A stretch of DNA of 64,000 nt from assembly GCF_009834535.1 (NCBI RefSeq), contig NC_045696.1:14944001-15008000 (forward strand). Direction: 5' to 3'. The number at the start of each line of letters is the position of its first letter. The first letter of the stretch is position 1. The position numbers and the translations under genes are program-made. The stretch comes from Camelus ferus (lineage: Eukaryota). Of the stretch, positions 37,941 through 51,744 are shown in pieces. The notes under the pieces are model-generated. The model was not told the DNA's origin. It searched no databases and saw nothing but the letters and a program-made list of their open reading frames with translations.

Positions 37941-39414
37941 GCGTGCGTGCTGAGCTTCCTTTAAAGTCATATCACCTAATGAGATGAAACAGACTTTTTT
38001 TAATTTTAACCATCAGTTTTTTTTAATAGATGTATAGTTCAATTTAATTGGTCAAGATATTTCAAGTTAGCTATGTTTAGTTGCCCCAATGTTTTTTTTT
38101 CTGCATTCAGAAGCATTTCTATATTAAAATACTAATATTCTTTGAAATTTATTTTGAAAATATAATTACATATTTCAGTTCCTTGAGACTGTAATAACAG
38201 GTTCAGGTTTCTAGAGTAAGACAAGGGAAAATAAGTACTTCTATTGTTTAAAATGAGTCAATACCCATTTGCAAAAATAATTGCCACATCTGGAATTCAG
38301 AGTAACCATGTATAAGATATAAAAAAGTATACTTATTTCTGAAGCTGCAATTTTATTAAATCAAAAGTTTCCTAATGGTGGTCCTTATTTTGATTCATGG
38401 AGGGCACCATAAGACCTCCATTTGGAGGCATACACATTGCAAACTTCATTTGCTCTCTTCAAAGTTTTCAACCAACACGATTATTGTAAATGTCATAAAT
38501 ACTGTCACTAAAAAATCTAGCACTTCATAATATTTTGAGTACAGTCCTTCGTGTGTAAAAGCAGCATGATACTGGGGCATTCTTAGTCCTGATCCAAATC
38601 CTATAAAAACAGAGATCAGTATTTGTAACAGAGTGGGCGTCCATGAAAGTAATGATAAATTGAGTGAGATTCACCATCTTTATACGTGCTCTTATTGTAT
38701 AAATATTTGTCTTGCTTGTTTTTTGTTTTTGTTTTTACTCTTCCATGTATGATGTCTCTCATTAAGTAAGACCTAACACAGGACTGAACATCAGATGTGC
38801 AAAATGGCCTCGAGTTTACAAAACAAGAACTAGCCAGTTAGTCTTAATTTTGTTAGAGCTGGAAAGCTTATTCCCACGTTTTGGGTGAAAATTATCTTTA
38901 ATCAGTGATGTGAAAATTGTGATGGAAAAGCAAAATGCTAAACTAAGGTAAAAACTACTTTGCATAATTATAAGTAAAGTCAGACTTTTATCCTTAACTT
39001 GGCTGAAGTCTTTTCATCTTTTTCTGGTATATAGTCAGACTTAAACTAGAAAAATACGTTTTGGAGTTTAAGGATTACAAAACACTCTTAGTTTTATAAT
39101 ATCAGATGTTACTTGGTTGTATAAATGTAAGCTTAAACAGCTCTCATGTTGAAGTCAAATATTACCAAGAAAATTGAATTTAACAAAGATGTAAAAATGG
39201 TCTGACTACCAGAAATATGGTGAAAAGAACACATTCTTATTCTTTAAGTTGGAAAAGTATTTGCATAGTGTAGCTGACTCCTATGACACAGTGGTGCACT
39301 AAGAATACTTTCCAAATCTCTGTAAGCTCCATTGATTTCTTTCGATGACTTTAACATAGCTATAAAGTACTTACTACACACTATGATATTACTTTTTTCA
39401 TGTAAGACAGTGTA

Positions 39415-41470
39415 AGTTTTTAACTCAATAAATTTTATTCTGAGATAATTGCAGATTTATATTCAATTTATAAGAAATAATATAGAGGAGTCTTACATAT
39501 AGTCTGCACTCAGACCCTTAAAGATAATATTTTGCAAAACTATATAGAACTATCACCACTAGCATATTGACATGATACAGTAAAAATACAGAACAACTTA
39601 CCATCACAAGAAGTCCTTACGCTGCCTTTCTATACCACACTCATTTCTATCATGCCCTCCTTCTTCCCTCCATCCTTAACCTCTGGCTATCATGAATCAG
39701 ATCTCCGTTTCCACAATTTTGTCATTTTCATAATGTTCCATAAATGGAATCATACAATATAAGACATTTTCAGATTTTTTTTTCCACACAGTATAATTTT
39801 CTGGAAATACACACAAGTTGTTCATGTGTATCAACAGTCCAGGCGTCTTTTTTTATTTTCCTGAGTTCTGTTTCATGGTAGGAATGTACCATAGTTGTGC
39901 TTCCATTTCTATTATGAGTAAAACCGCTATGGAAATTTGGTGTAGGTTTGTGTGAGAATGTAAGTTTTCTTTTCCCTGGAAGAAATTCCCAGGAGTGCAA
40001 TTGTTGGGTCATATGTCTGTTTCATGTTTAGTGTTTTAAAGAAGTTTCCAAAGTGTTTCCGGAGTTGCTGAACCATTTCATGCCACCACCAGCATGATAC
40101 GAGCATCCCGTTCCTCTGTATTTTCACTAGCATTTGTTATTGTCACGCTTAAAATTATTACTTTGTACATTCCCATAGGCATATGGTAATAACTCATTGT
40201 AATTTTAATGTGAATTTTCCTTATGGCTAACGATGTCGAATAACTTTCCATGTGCTTATGTGATGCCTGTGTATCCCATGGAAATGCTTGCTCGTGTCAT
40301 TTTCCTGTTTTTTAATTAGATTTTTCTTTTTAACTTCTGAATTTTTGTGCTTTATATATTCTAGATACTAGACTTTTTTCAGGTGTGTGGTTTGCAAATA
40401 TCTCTCTAGTTTGTAGCTTCCTTCTCTAACCCTTTAACAAGGACTTTTTTTCAGAGTAAAGGCTATTTAATTTTGAGAAAGTCCAAATCAATTTTTCCTT
40501 CTATGTATTGCAGTTTTGAAGTCCAAGTAAGAAAATCTTCCTATTTCTAGAGCCGCAACATTCTCTCCTATATTTTAACAAGTTTTATAATGTGACATTT
40601 TACATTTAAATCCATGATTTTGAGTTAATTTTGTATAAGGTGTGAGGTTTAGGTCAAGGTTCATTGTATTCATTTTGCTTGTTTTTCCTTCTTTTTGTTT
40701 TGTTTTGTTTTGCTTATAGATATTCAGTTGATCCAGAATCATTTCTTGAACAGGCTGTCCTTCCTCCACTGAGTGGATATTCACCTTTGTAAATATCAGG
40801 TCAGTATATTTGGTTGGGTCTACTTCGGGTTCCATTCTATTCCACTGAACTATGGGTCTGTGAAGGAAAAATTCTGCAAACCATATCGGTAAACAAAGAA
40901 CGCTGAAGCCATCAAGTCATCAGCGGCTGCCGCCAGCCCCCAGGGAAGACAAGACTGCAGCCCGGCCTCTGCAGCCACTCACAATGGTGCACCCTGAGGG
41001 GACTCAGAATAAGAAAGGACAGGATACTGGCCCTAGATAGCTGGGTGCTTGTCAAAGGAATGAATTCAATGAGCCCAAATATTTGCTTCCTCCCATACAT
41101 AGAAAAGCACTAAATTCTTTAACTTGAGATCCCTGGTTTTCTTTAGATAACAAGTAATCTTTTATAGTTCCAACTACCTGGTCTTTGTTGTAAAGCTCCT
41201 ATATATCCTAGCTCCTCCTCTACCTCTTCGGAGCAGCCCCTCAGAGCCATCTGAGAGGCTGACGTCCCGGTTCGAGTCCTCCCGCCAAGTAAAACATAAC
41301 TCTCAACTTATAGGCTGCGCATTTATTTCAGTTGACAGGTCTCTCACTTCACTAATATCACCCAGTCTTAACTATAAGCTATAGAATATGTCTTGAAATT
41401 GGATAGACTGATTCCTGCTCTTTTAAATCTTCTTTTTCAAAACTGAATATTCTTCACATGCCATATGTGT
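39415..41470 (-). mobile_element. L1MC/MD-type L1 (3'UTR plus distal ORF2), interrupted by a solo LTR
   Basis: 3'UTR TCTGAGATAATTGCAGAT...TAAGAAATAATATAGAG. ORF-track remnants SCWW...YDPTIALLGI (39927-40133) and EPEVDPTKYTDLIF (40575-40835) are ORF2 motifs. The L1 resumes after 41341. Confidence 0.9.
40859..41337 (+). mobile_element. ERV1-class solo LTR (family A, copy 3) inserted in L1
   Basis: TGTGAAG...GTTGACA termini. Perfect 4-bp TSD GGTC at 40855-40858 and 41338-41341. CCTATATATCC TATA-like box and an AGTAAA poly(A) variant. Confidence 0.92.
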
Positions 41471-42109
41471 TTAACCTGATTATGTCTTGATATATTCATC
41501 TTTGCCTATTTTTCCAACCACCTTATAGATGCCTTTTTCCAATTCAGAGGAAGCCATAGTGCCTGAAGGAGATGTAGGATTGTTAGGACAAGAATTATAA
41601 GAGAACAGTTGTGTTTCCATGTTTTTATTACTTCTGAAACAGGCTTTTAAGACAGAAGGGCAAAATGGGAACAGAATGCAAAATCTACACCATAATGAAG
41701 AGCTGGAAATAGATAAGAGGAAGAAAGAGACCACTTAATGTCCCCCACCCCCTGGGAGCAGGGGTGATACATGCTCTCACAGCAGGTGGGATTCGGAAAA
41801 GACAGAATTCAATCTGAGCAGACTCCGATTACTCTTTTGCCCAGAGGCAAGCAGCTCTGTGGCAGCGTTGTCAACACCCAGACAGCTTAGTGTCTACAGA
41901 TCATTCACCACCATTCAAGGGGAACTTCAAAATCCACGTTAACTGTTCATCTGTTCACCATGGAATACAAGTCTTCCATCCCACAGCTACCTGTTTATCG
42001 CCTGCGGCTTGTCTCAAAATGATGTACATTGACTGCACACAGGCTGCTCTGTGGAGAAATACTTCTTTGAACATTTAAAAGAGGTACACAAAATGGAATG
42101 CAGAAAATT

Positions 42110-42350
42110 TTAGCCCTCAGGGGTGTGTGATTATGGCTGGCACAGATATCCCTGTGCTAACAAAAGCCACACCCTTGGGGTTGAATGCTTGAAAGTTGCT
42201 GCATCTCTGAGAAATTCTTAATAATTTCATCTTTGAATTTTTTTGTAAGTAATGATTGAGGGGACAATGAAGCACAGACTCAGGGCTTAGAGGCTCAGAT
42301 CACACATCTTCCTGCTTCTATCCGCCTCTCTGGGTGTGTTCTTGGCACAC
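42110..42350 (+). mobile_element. MER45-family hAT DNA transposon fragment (MER45C-like)
   Basis: GAAATTCTTAATAATTTCATCTTTGAA...TTGTAAGT...GGGACAATGAAGCA...GGGCTTAGAGGCTCAG. Confidence 0.7.
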
Positions 42351-42999
42351 ACACAAGAGGAAGAGCTTGCAGCCATTCTAAAAAGGCTGTGGGCAAGACG
42401 TTCTCAGGTCAGTCTTTTACCCGCTACCTCCTCCACAGATACCATGAATGGAGTATGTGCAGGAGGAAAACAAGTCTGGACTTTGTTTTCCAACGAGAAC
42501 CATCTGTGATCCCTTGAAATACAAAAGAGTATTTTTAAGTGTGCCCTGGAGGTCTCATGTTACTAACGGTGGCACTGCATGGACAGTGATCCAGTGGTTA
42601 CACGTTCATAAATCAAGCAACTGTTTGGGGAGATTTTCTACAAATAAGTCATTGTACTTTGTGGAATTCATACAGGTAGGACCCCACCCTAAGCAGTTAT
42701 CAATAGCAGAGTAAGACAAGAAACAGTCATATTTTACGTGTCTTTCATATTACTTTTTTTCAACAATGAATGATTTGTTAAGCCCCTAAAATAGATCAGA
42801 TTGTAGGTTTTGAGAATTGAGAGGCAAACAGGAATAAAAAGTCTCCCCTACTATGCACCCAGTGGAGCTTATAATGAAATGAATGATAAACCAAAAATAG
42901 TATATATTTATATATATTATATATATTTATTATATTATAATTCTAAGAAATATTCTAAAATTTACTGTCCCTTGTTAGTCTACCTTCATATATAATCTA

Positions 43000-43163
43000 C
43001 AGGCAACTCACATTAAAATCATCCACTGTGTGCATTAAAATAACACTTTTCCAAACCACACCCTGGAACGACTGCTTTTGAATTTCTGAGAGTGGGCCTG
43101 GAAGTTGTAAGCATTTTGTAAGCCCCCATGGAATTCAGAATCACAATATCTGAGCTCCTCTAG
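43000..43163. mobile_element. MER5-like hAT MITE fragment
   Basis: CACATTAAAATCA...GAATTTCTGAGAGTGGGCCTGGAA...GCATTTT. Confidence 0.5.
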
Positions 43164-46100
43164 CACAGGCAATATGGACGGGAGACAGCACTAGGTAAAG
43201 ATGTAGAAACTCACGTGCAGCTGGTGATGACTTACACAAAATATGAATACAGACTTTTTCATTTTAATTTAAAGGATAGTCAATGACACTCTTTCTCTGT
43301 GTGAGTTATTATGAGTGACAAAGACTATTTCAGATCAGATCAGAATTTACTTTGAGTTTGAAACATTTTTAATAACTGGAAGATTTCTGAAAGGAACTGA
43401 AATCTCTCAGAAGACATTTTTCATTGGAAAAGCATCATGGAACTTAGTATTTCCAACAGCATTAAGAAATGTGTTTAGAAATATATTATTGACATCCACA
43501 CAGGATTATGCAACATCTTGGATTAATTAATATAAATAGAAAAATATTTTTAAATGATTTCCCTAACCAACTCTATGAGCTGGAATAAAATAGGAAAAAA
43601 AATCAAAATTCAACTTATTACAAAAATGGATACAGTATGTGGGAGGGAGGAAAATTTTGATTGAATTGATATAATTTAATTTATAAACTGTAATTAAATT
43701 AGTAATTCCTCATGACCTTCACAGATTTAGAACAAGAAAGCTATCAGATCAACTAAAATTGATTTAATCCTTTTGCTTTTAAAAAAATGGAGATTACACA
43801 TAAGAAATATTTATAATATAAACACTATAATAGTTCTCTCTGACCTAAATTAATTACAGCTGCAAAGCAGAAAATCAACACATTAGCATACTACTTCTGA
43901 GGCTTTAGCAGGAAACCATTTGTTTTGGTGTTATCGGAAGATAAATTGACCCAGATGAAAGGAAATTGGAGAACTACCCTAAGCACAAGCCAAGAACAAT
44001 CAGGAGGCCAACTGAACTATGTGGTCAATTTTAAGCTCACTTTTTCCAAATGAATGTAACCTTTCTTAATCAAGGAGAAATATGTGATGCACACAAACTA
44101 AAATGTACTCTATCCATGAAAATGAGCAACACTCCTGCCTCCCAGGGCCTAACAGTAATCTGTGTGGGTCCAACAAAAACCAGGCAACTGGATTTATGAG
44201 GAATAGGCTCTGCTTTGTCTTTTAATTCCTTCTGAGTTTCTTTTAATGGAAATCTGCATTTATCTGGAGGATTCTAAGTGTGTCAAATGCAAACAAAGGC
44301 ATATGTTTTGAAATTTAGTTGTGGAAAATTATCAAGAGATAGGAATGACAGGATCAGATAAGGTGGGGAAGTAATGGAAATTATTTTGGGAAAGGCTAAC
44401 CCCAATGTAATGAGCCACTTAAAAACTTATTTGCAGGACTTTAAGGAAAGCATTTCCTTTTCCCACGTTTTATCACTTCTGTGTCACATCAGTGGTCTTG
44501 CCTTCCTTTCCACGACATACCAAATCCCCTGGATGTCATATTTAAGACCTACTCCCTTCTTTTTGATAAGATTAGGTTCTACATCACTATCAACCCACCT
44601 TCTTTTTTCTCACTATCAATTAGCATTTTTTTCTACCATCCTGCATTCTACTCTTTTCAGAGAATAAGTCAAGTACAGCTCAAATTTCTTTCCTTTGTAA
44701 ACTTTTCAAAAATACTCTCATAGGTTTGGTGAAGATGTATTAACTATACAGGTCAGTAGGTAAATATTTTACACATTGTAAGCAACTAAGAGAGTTATCA
44801 TTTCATTTATAATTCTAAAATCATATTAAAACAGATAAAAACTACTAATCATTAGAATATATATAGTAAATATATTTATAGATATGAACTTTTTTTAAAT
44901 TTTATTTTGAACAACTTTCAATCTTAGAAAAACTTGCATGAATAGTAAAGTAGATCATTATGCACTGAATGTATATAAACATATATGACTATTACATTTA
45001 TACCTACACACTCATATTGTGCACCCATTACCACAGAAACAATTATAATAGATTTAGAAACCAATATTTTCCTGGAAATGGTTGTAAAAGATAAATGAAA
45101 TCTATAGCAATTATAGAACAATTTATAGCATCAAAAAATCAGTCTCTCACTCAGATTTAGGCTGTTTCTTCTCTGGACATAAATAAAGTAATTCAAACAG
45201 GGTTCTTTGCCAAAAATAACATCAGAAGAGAAAAAGAAAAAACAACTTAAATGGCTTTTATCCAAACAGTAAATGAAACACACCTGAAGTACTTTTAAAA
45301 GCCATTTAAAAATTATTTATTTACTTACTTGCTCCTTGTTTATGTTTGCTTTTAAAATATGGAACATTTAAACATGTGTAGTATCATTCACCATGTGTAA
45401 CTGGGGTTTAATACTTGCACATTTTTTTTTCATAAAATTTTACCTATTCTTTCCTATTCACTTCCTTTCTTGTTCAAAAGAGCCAAAAAATAATGTATGT
45501 GTGTATATGTTATATATATATATGTATATATTTCCAATATGCATATTATATATATTCATTCGGTGCTAATCATGGTTACCACAAGTACAAAAAAAAAAAT
45601 CCCTTCTTTCTTTCAGCAAGGCTAGAGTGTCACTCATTGGAAAGATAAGAGCAAAATGAGTTCTGAGGTAATGTTTATGAGAATTTAATTTGAATATTTT
45701 CTTGATTCTGTTATGAATATTATCGCTAGAACCAATGGCTAGGTATATGCTTGTAGCAGGAATTGAGGAGTGTCTTCTTGCAGAAGAGGGTAAAGAAATG
45801 AGCTCTGAAGCATTTCAACAATATAAAATGGAAGGTTTGCTAAGTGAGTGTGCATTTCTGCTGCTGGAATTCATATGAAACAAATTAAATTTGTTCGATT
45901 TTTCTTTTTTCTACTACTGTAACCCCAATCAACCAATCACTTAGCTCCTAAGTATCCCAGACAAGGATCTATAATGGAATGCTGCTGATAAACATCAGGA
46001 AATAAAATACCATACCTAACTATCTGCTCAAGAAGTAAAGCATGAAGGCTGTCTTCCAAAATATTTGTAAACACTATTTAAGTCAGAGGAGATAACAGAG

Positions 46101-47299
46101 TTAAAAGTCAAAGAGAAAGTATAATTTTTCATCCTCAGTTTTTGCACAGCTGTGACACTTTAAAGTCATCTTTAGCTGAATAGGAACCAGGTGATACTAT
46201 ACAGATGATTAAGAAAAACTATGTGTGAACAGTAATAGATTCGAGACATACATTAAAATGTGGGACCTGATAGTCATCTTCCAATGAAAATAAACATCAG
46301 TCTACTCTCTGGTCTTTCTAAATTACATTTCATTGCTCAATTCAAATTGCCAGTTTAGATTCATAGATAAGCACACTTTCCCTATGAGTGAAAAATTTTT
46401 AATTAGACTTTTGATCTAGGTATATCTTGTGAATGAAAAAAATAAGTTTTCTTATTAATGACAATGAGGTTAATATAATTTCACACACTCATTTTGGTGA
46501 TGGCTCCTTGCCAATCACCTTCTATTTAAATGAATTCTATCCTCTTCATCATTTATGTCCCCAAATACAGAGTTTATGTGCCTTCACTGAAAATTACTAT
46601 GCCATTATAATTTGCTTAATTCTAACTTAACTGAAAAAGAGGAAAAGGAAGCAGGTGTGTGAACATATTTAAGAGTGAATTTTGTGTCTGGGATAGACTT
46701 TGGGATTCACAGCCTTAAAAAAGAACAATACATTCACAGCATCACAGCAGACCTTCACTGGATCATAGAGAACTTGCCAAGAGTTCCCTTTTTCTCAACC
46801 ATTTGTCTCTAAAGGCTCTGGTAAGACTTGCACACGAGGAATATTGAAATCTACTAGATCACAAACTCTCAGGGTAGGACTCAGGAAAACCCACTTTAGT
46901 AAGACTATATGCTTCTGCCTTCGGTTCAAATTTGGAAATTACTGTTCTGAGGAAATTTTTTGTAAAAGCAGTCAGATATTAACTGGCATATAGTAGTGTG
47001 TCCAAAAGATACTAAATATTCATTTATCCCATTCTCATCTATGTTATTCTTCAACTGCCTTGGAATAAATTTCCAGAAATCTTTATTCTCAACATCATTT
47101 ATCACTGAATATTTTTCATGTCCTCATATCTTCCATCCTTTGATAGCTATTTCTCTCCCAGTCCCAGGTCTCCCTGTCTTTTATCTCTTCATCAGATTAA
47201 TGTGAAGTCACTAATTATAGATAATTCAGTAAACACAGCTATTACAATGAATTCATCATTAACCAAATTCTTCTAGATATCACCTAAAACAGCAACACA

Positions 47300-48280
47300 A
47301 AAATCTATCACATTAAATAGTCAATTATTTGTCATTTTTAAAATGAGTATTTAACATTTTATGTTGGTAAGGTAAGAATATAAAAAGCATAAATATTGAA
47401 AACAAAATAACATTTTTATTATTTATATATGATGTAATTTTTACTAGGAAAAGACTAAATAATCAGTGAAATGTCAACAATAACAAAATTTATAATTGTT
47501 TTCAATTACATAAATGTTTAAAAATCTAATCTAAATATAAACCCCAAACAAGCAATTAAAACATAAATGGGGAAAATCTCATTTATAACATCTAAAAAAT
47601 ATTAAAACAAAATATCTGGGAATAAATTTAAGCAATAAATATTAGTTAAATAGCTAAAGACTCAAAACACAATAAAATAACATGAAAATATGCAAAAGTA
47701 ATTAAAGAAAAATGGAATGTTTTGGGATGTAACATTTTAATGTTGTAAAGGTGACAGTTCTCCTCCGAAATATTTCAAGTATTTAAAATACTGCAATTGA
47801 CGTTCCAAAGATTTGTTTTTTGAAAGTTAACAAGATGACCATGTATTCATTTAGAGACATAAGACTTTAACCAAGAGGATTCAGTTAGAAGAGATAAGGC
47901 TTTAACCAGGAGGATTACTACCAAGGACAGTGATGGGAATGGGCTGGTTCCATAATGCTGGCTGTCAATCTTGGCTGCGTATTTGAATCATTTGGGGAAC
48001 TTAAAAAAATACTGATGCTGGGGTGTCTTCCTCAGGTTTTTATTTAATTGATTGGGGTAGATATACCCTGAAAACTGAGATTTTAAAAACTCCTCCCAGA
48101 TGATTTCATTGGGCAGCTCAGGTTGAAAATACTGCTCTACAACATGTTAAAAGAGACTTAATACATAAAGGCAAAAGCATGATGGAATAAACAATCAACC
48201 ATTATAATTGATCATAGATATATTGATTTTGTAGATGTTAACAACAGTGGAGAAAGGGCAGTTTAAAGAATAAACTGTTG
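47300..48280 (+). mobile_element. Very old L1 ORF2 fragment interrupted by MER5A
   Basis: A-rich sense ORF2 motifs CTCATTTATAACA...AAAATATCTGGGAATAAATTTAA and TTAACAAGATGA. Confidence 0.55.
47952..48135. mobile_element. MER5A hAT MITE
   Basis: CAATCTTGGCTGCGTATTTGAATCATTTGGGGAACTTAAAAAAATACTGATGC...CCCAGATGATT...CAGGTTGAAAATACTG. Confidence 0.85.
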
Positions 48281-48532
48281 CAGGGTGTTAGAATTCTTCA
48301 TATCTCAGGACCTTGGCAGCAGCTCACAACAGAACTAGAAGGGTCAAGGACAGAACTTTTTCAAAATGATACTTAAAGAAAAAAAAAATGTAGACTTCGT
48401 CAAATCAGTGGAAATAACCCAGATTTGAATGTCATAGCTTTTGGTTCTCTATGAATCACTATAAGAAAAGACTTGCACTGTATCCTTGTTTTAAAACAAC
48501 TGAAGCATGCTTCAAGAGAATGACTTGAGGAG

Positions 48533-49045
48533 TATGGTAGTCTTAAAACATATCAGTTTTGTTGGGATGTGCCCAGTGGGAAGGTGCCCTATATCCTCTT
48601 TTCTGGGTTCTGGGTGGTTTTATGATTGCTTTGACCAAAGGAGTAGAACAGAAGTGATGATATGAGAAGCTCAAGGCTAGATCCTAAAATGCCCTCCAAA
48701 TTCTGCTACATTTGCTAGAAATATTTGACCTTGGAACAATAATATGAGAAGTTCAACAGCCCTCAGTTCTCTGTTAGAGTGGCCACATGTAGGAGCCAGG
48801 CACGTGAGTGGAAAAGTGGTCTTGGAGGTAGACTCTCTAGCCCAAGCTATGCTAGGTCCCAGTCACCCCAGTCATTCAATTCATTGATTTTATGGCCTCA
48901 GATATTGTGGAGCAAAGAAATGTCATCCCCTTGGAGATCTTTCCAAATTCCTGACCTACAGTATGTGGGCGGATTAAAAAACAATTCTGGTTTTATGCCA
49001 GTAAGTTTGGGGCAGTTTATTATGCAAGAATAGATAACTGGGACA
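48533..49045 (+). mobile_element. MLT1H-like MaLR solo LTR
   Basis: TGCTTTGACCAA...CAGAAGTGATG...CCAAATTCCTGACCTACAG...TAAGTTTGGGGCAGTTTATTATGCAAGAATAGATAACTGGGACA. Confidence 0.85.
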
Positions 49046-49750
49046 AAAGGCTTAAGTTCTATCTTCATGGATTTAAAGAAGGTAGAGTTTGTTAGTACCT
49101 GATCTGCTGCTGTGCAAGAGGAGTTTATAATGACAAGGTAAAAAGACAGTACACTTCCGTGGGAGTGGATAAAGCGTCCATCAAGGATCCGTGTGTTCTA
49201 TAGCTGAGTTGTGGATCCACAGGGAGGTATTTGGTTCTAAGCTATTGTAAAATAAACCCTATACAAAACAGTTCCTTCCAGGGGAACGTTACCTGTGTAT
49301 GACATATGCTGGGGGTAAATCTTAAATGTATAAATCAAGATCAACAGTGACCAGGAGGTCAGCCATTAGACATCTGCTGTTGGAAATGCTTCATATAGAT
49401 TTTCTCTAACTCCAAAAACATTTCATGAGAAAAAGACTTGGCATTTAGATATTAACGGAATTCAGTGTAACAATGCCAGATTGTAATTATGCCTGTCAAG
49501 TGAGATCTTTTCTTCCCCTCACCCCTCCTTCTCTTCCCTCTTCTATTTTGAAGTAGGTTGCATAGGAATCAGCACCATTTGGCTATTGGAAAGGTATAGA
49601 ATTGAATGAGAGTAGAAATTCATTAATAGCTAGACTTATTTCTTTAATATCTGGATTGGATTCTTTACTATCTTAATATATAAAGAGCTATTACCAGTAA
49701 ACAATACAGAGTAGAAGAATTCAATGGAAAAATAAGAAAATAAAATGAAC
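49046..49750 (+). mobile_element. Possible ancient Gypsy-like (MamGypLTR-type) LTR remnant
   Basis: Pyrimidine box CTTCCCCTCACCCCTCC followed by GACTTATTTCTTTAATATCTGGATTGGA. The layout resembles the 59.9-60.9 kb element. Weak. Confidence 0.3.
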
Positions 49751-49754
49751 ATGC

Positions 49755-50136
49755 TGTCCTAGTCAGTTTGGGCTGCTATAGCAGGACACCATATGCTGGG
49801 TGGTTTAAACATTAAACATTTATTTCTCACACTTCTGGAAGCTGAAAGTCTGAGATCAGGGTGCCAGCATGGTCTCTCATAATTAAGGCTCTCTTTCTGG
49901 TTTACAGATGGCTGTCTTCTAGTTGTATTCTTACGTGGTGGAGGGCAGAAAGGTGGAGAGAGAGAGAAGGAGAGAAACCTTTCTTGTTTCTTCTCACAAG
50001 GACACAAATCCCATTCATGAGGGTCCATCCTCATGACTTAATTACCTCCCATAGGCTGCATCTACTAGTACTATCACACTGGGGTTGGAATTCCAACAGT
50101 ATGAGTTTTGAGGACACAAACATTTAATCCATAACA
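49755..50136 (-). mobile_element. MLT1A-like MaLR solo LTR
   Basis: TGTCCTAGTCAGTTTGGGCTGCTATA...ATTTATTTCTCACA...GAGATCAGGGTGCCAGCATGG...CACAAACATTTAATCCATAACA. Confidence 0.92.
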
Positions 50137-51744
50137 ATCCTAGTCCCTGAAAGTCAATAAACTAGGTATTGAGTTACACTTACTTTTTAGTAGTATATTC
50201 ACACTAAGCAGCTTCAGAAAATCTGCTGTGGATGTCCTAAAAAAAAAAGGGGGCCTGCCCTGAGTGTTCACTGTATTTGTTTTCTAGAGGTTACTTGGTT
50301 ATATAAACAGACTCTAAAAAATTATAAAGACAATAGGCCTGATTATTTTCACTTTTTGTTTTTATTTCACATGATTTATGAGTTGAGACAGTTTTTAAGT
50401 CTGTTACAAATGAATTAAAATTATTCTATTGTAATCTATGCTTTAAAACAATTTTATTCAATAAAAGGAGGTATTTTTTTCTATCTTCAAATAAAACATC
50501 AATGGTCATGTTTAAATAGATTTTATCAAAACAAAGGTGAAGGATATAATCCCAATTTTTTCAAAAAATGTGAATGATGTCTTTGGAAATGAAATGTTAA
50601 TTACTAAAAATTAAATTGAATTTTTTTTCTTTTAAGGATGTTTGAATATTTCATTCACTTTATACCAAAATCCACAAATATACTATATATATGCTTAGAG
50701 GGTGTGAATGAGATTATTTTAACATTCCATAAATTTCCTCTGTTGAATTAGCAAACATTCCTCGGAACCACAGAACCACCAGATTAGTTGCAGGTGTATC
50801 TGGGTGATAGCTGTTCCTGCACATCCAGCAACATGATACAGCCTGAGCTATGAGGAGCAGGTGCTCAGTTTTACTCATAACTTCTACCTCCTCAGGCATG
50901 GAACTCTCCTTACTTTCACCATAACTTCCTAGAGGATGTTTGCTTAAACTTTCCCCCCAGACCGTCAATTTACCCCTTATTAGATGTATGATAATGGACA
51001 TAAATAAATAAATATATTTTTAAATTGAAGCTTTTCTAAACATAGGGTTGCATGGGAAATGGGACATTTCTCCACAAAGCAGAGAAAAATCTTCCTGTAA
51101 ACTTTCTGTGATTCAGAGGCAGGAGGTGGAGACGTGAGGAGAAGACAAAATAAAATGGAAGGTACTGCTGCATCAGCTAGAGATATAGTACCTGAGAAGG
51201 TCATAATCTCCATCTCACACTTTCAGAGCATTTGGAAAGAAGTCATCTTAGCACTATCTTATAGTCAATAAAGACTCTAGTTCTTAATATTTACCTCGAG
51301 CAGCTGAAGACTCAGGAGCTGAGAATTTCAACTACTCCAATGGCTCAAATACTAGGAAGAAACCAATTTACATCAAGAAAGTACAGACCTGACAACTGGT
51401 CTATCAAGTCTTCATTTTGTGGGTGGCATAAATGGATCATGATCTGAGGTGGAATCATTTAATCCCATCTAAACATAATCTGCTTTATCTCAAGTATCCT
51501 TTCTTAAATCTTTTTTTTTTCTTTTTTTTTAAATTCCAGATCAGTAGTACTTCATCATTTGTGAAGGTACTTTTATTTTCTACTGTGTTTTCTAGAAATT
51601 GGGCAGAGGGAGAAGGGAGGGAGAATATTCTGCCTCACCAGACTGAAGGAGCTCTCTGAAAATGGAGGGAAAGTTATCTAATTTTCTAGGGGATGTAATA
51701 CTAGCACTGAGGAATAGACATTGCAGAGCATAAATGGATGCATT

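Noticed and set aside
41255..41290. tRNA-like 3' end (CCCGGTTCGAGTCC...CCA)
   Set aside because: It lies within an LTR, with no A-box, D-arm, anticodon arm or acceptor stem. It is not a tRNA gene or SINE.
47859..47916. Short local duplications (also ~18759-18796, ~28488-28522 and ~51900-51933)
   Set aside because: Two-copy slippage-type duplications of about 15-23 bp are common in mammalian DNA. They do not form a repeat-spacer array.
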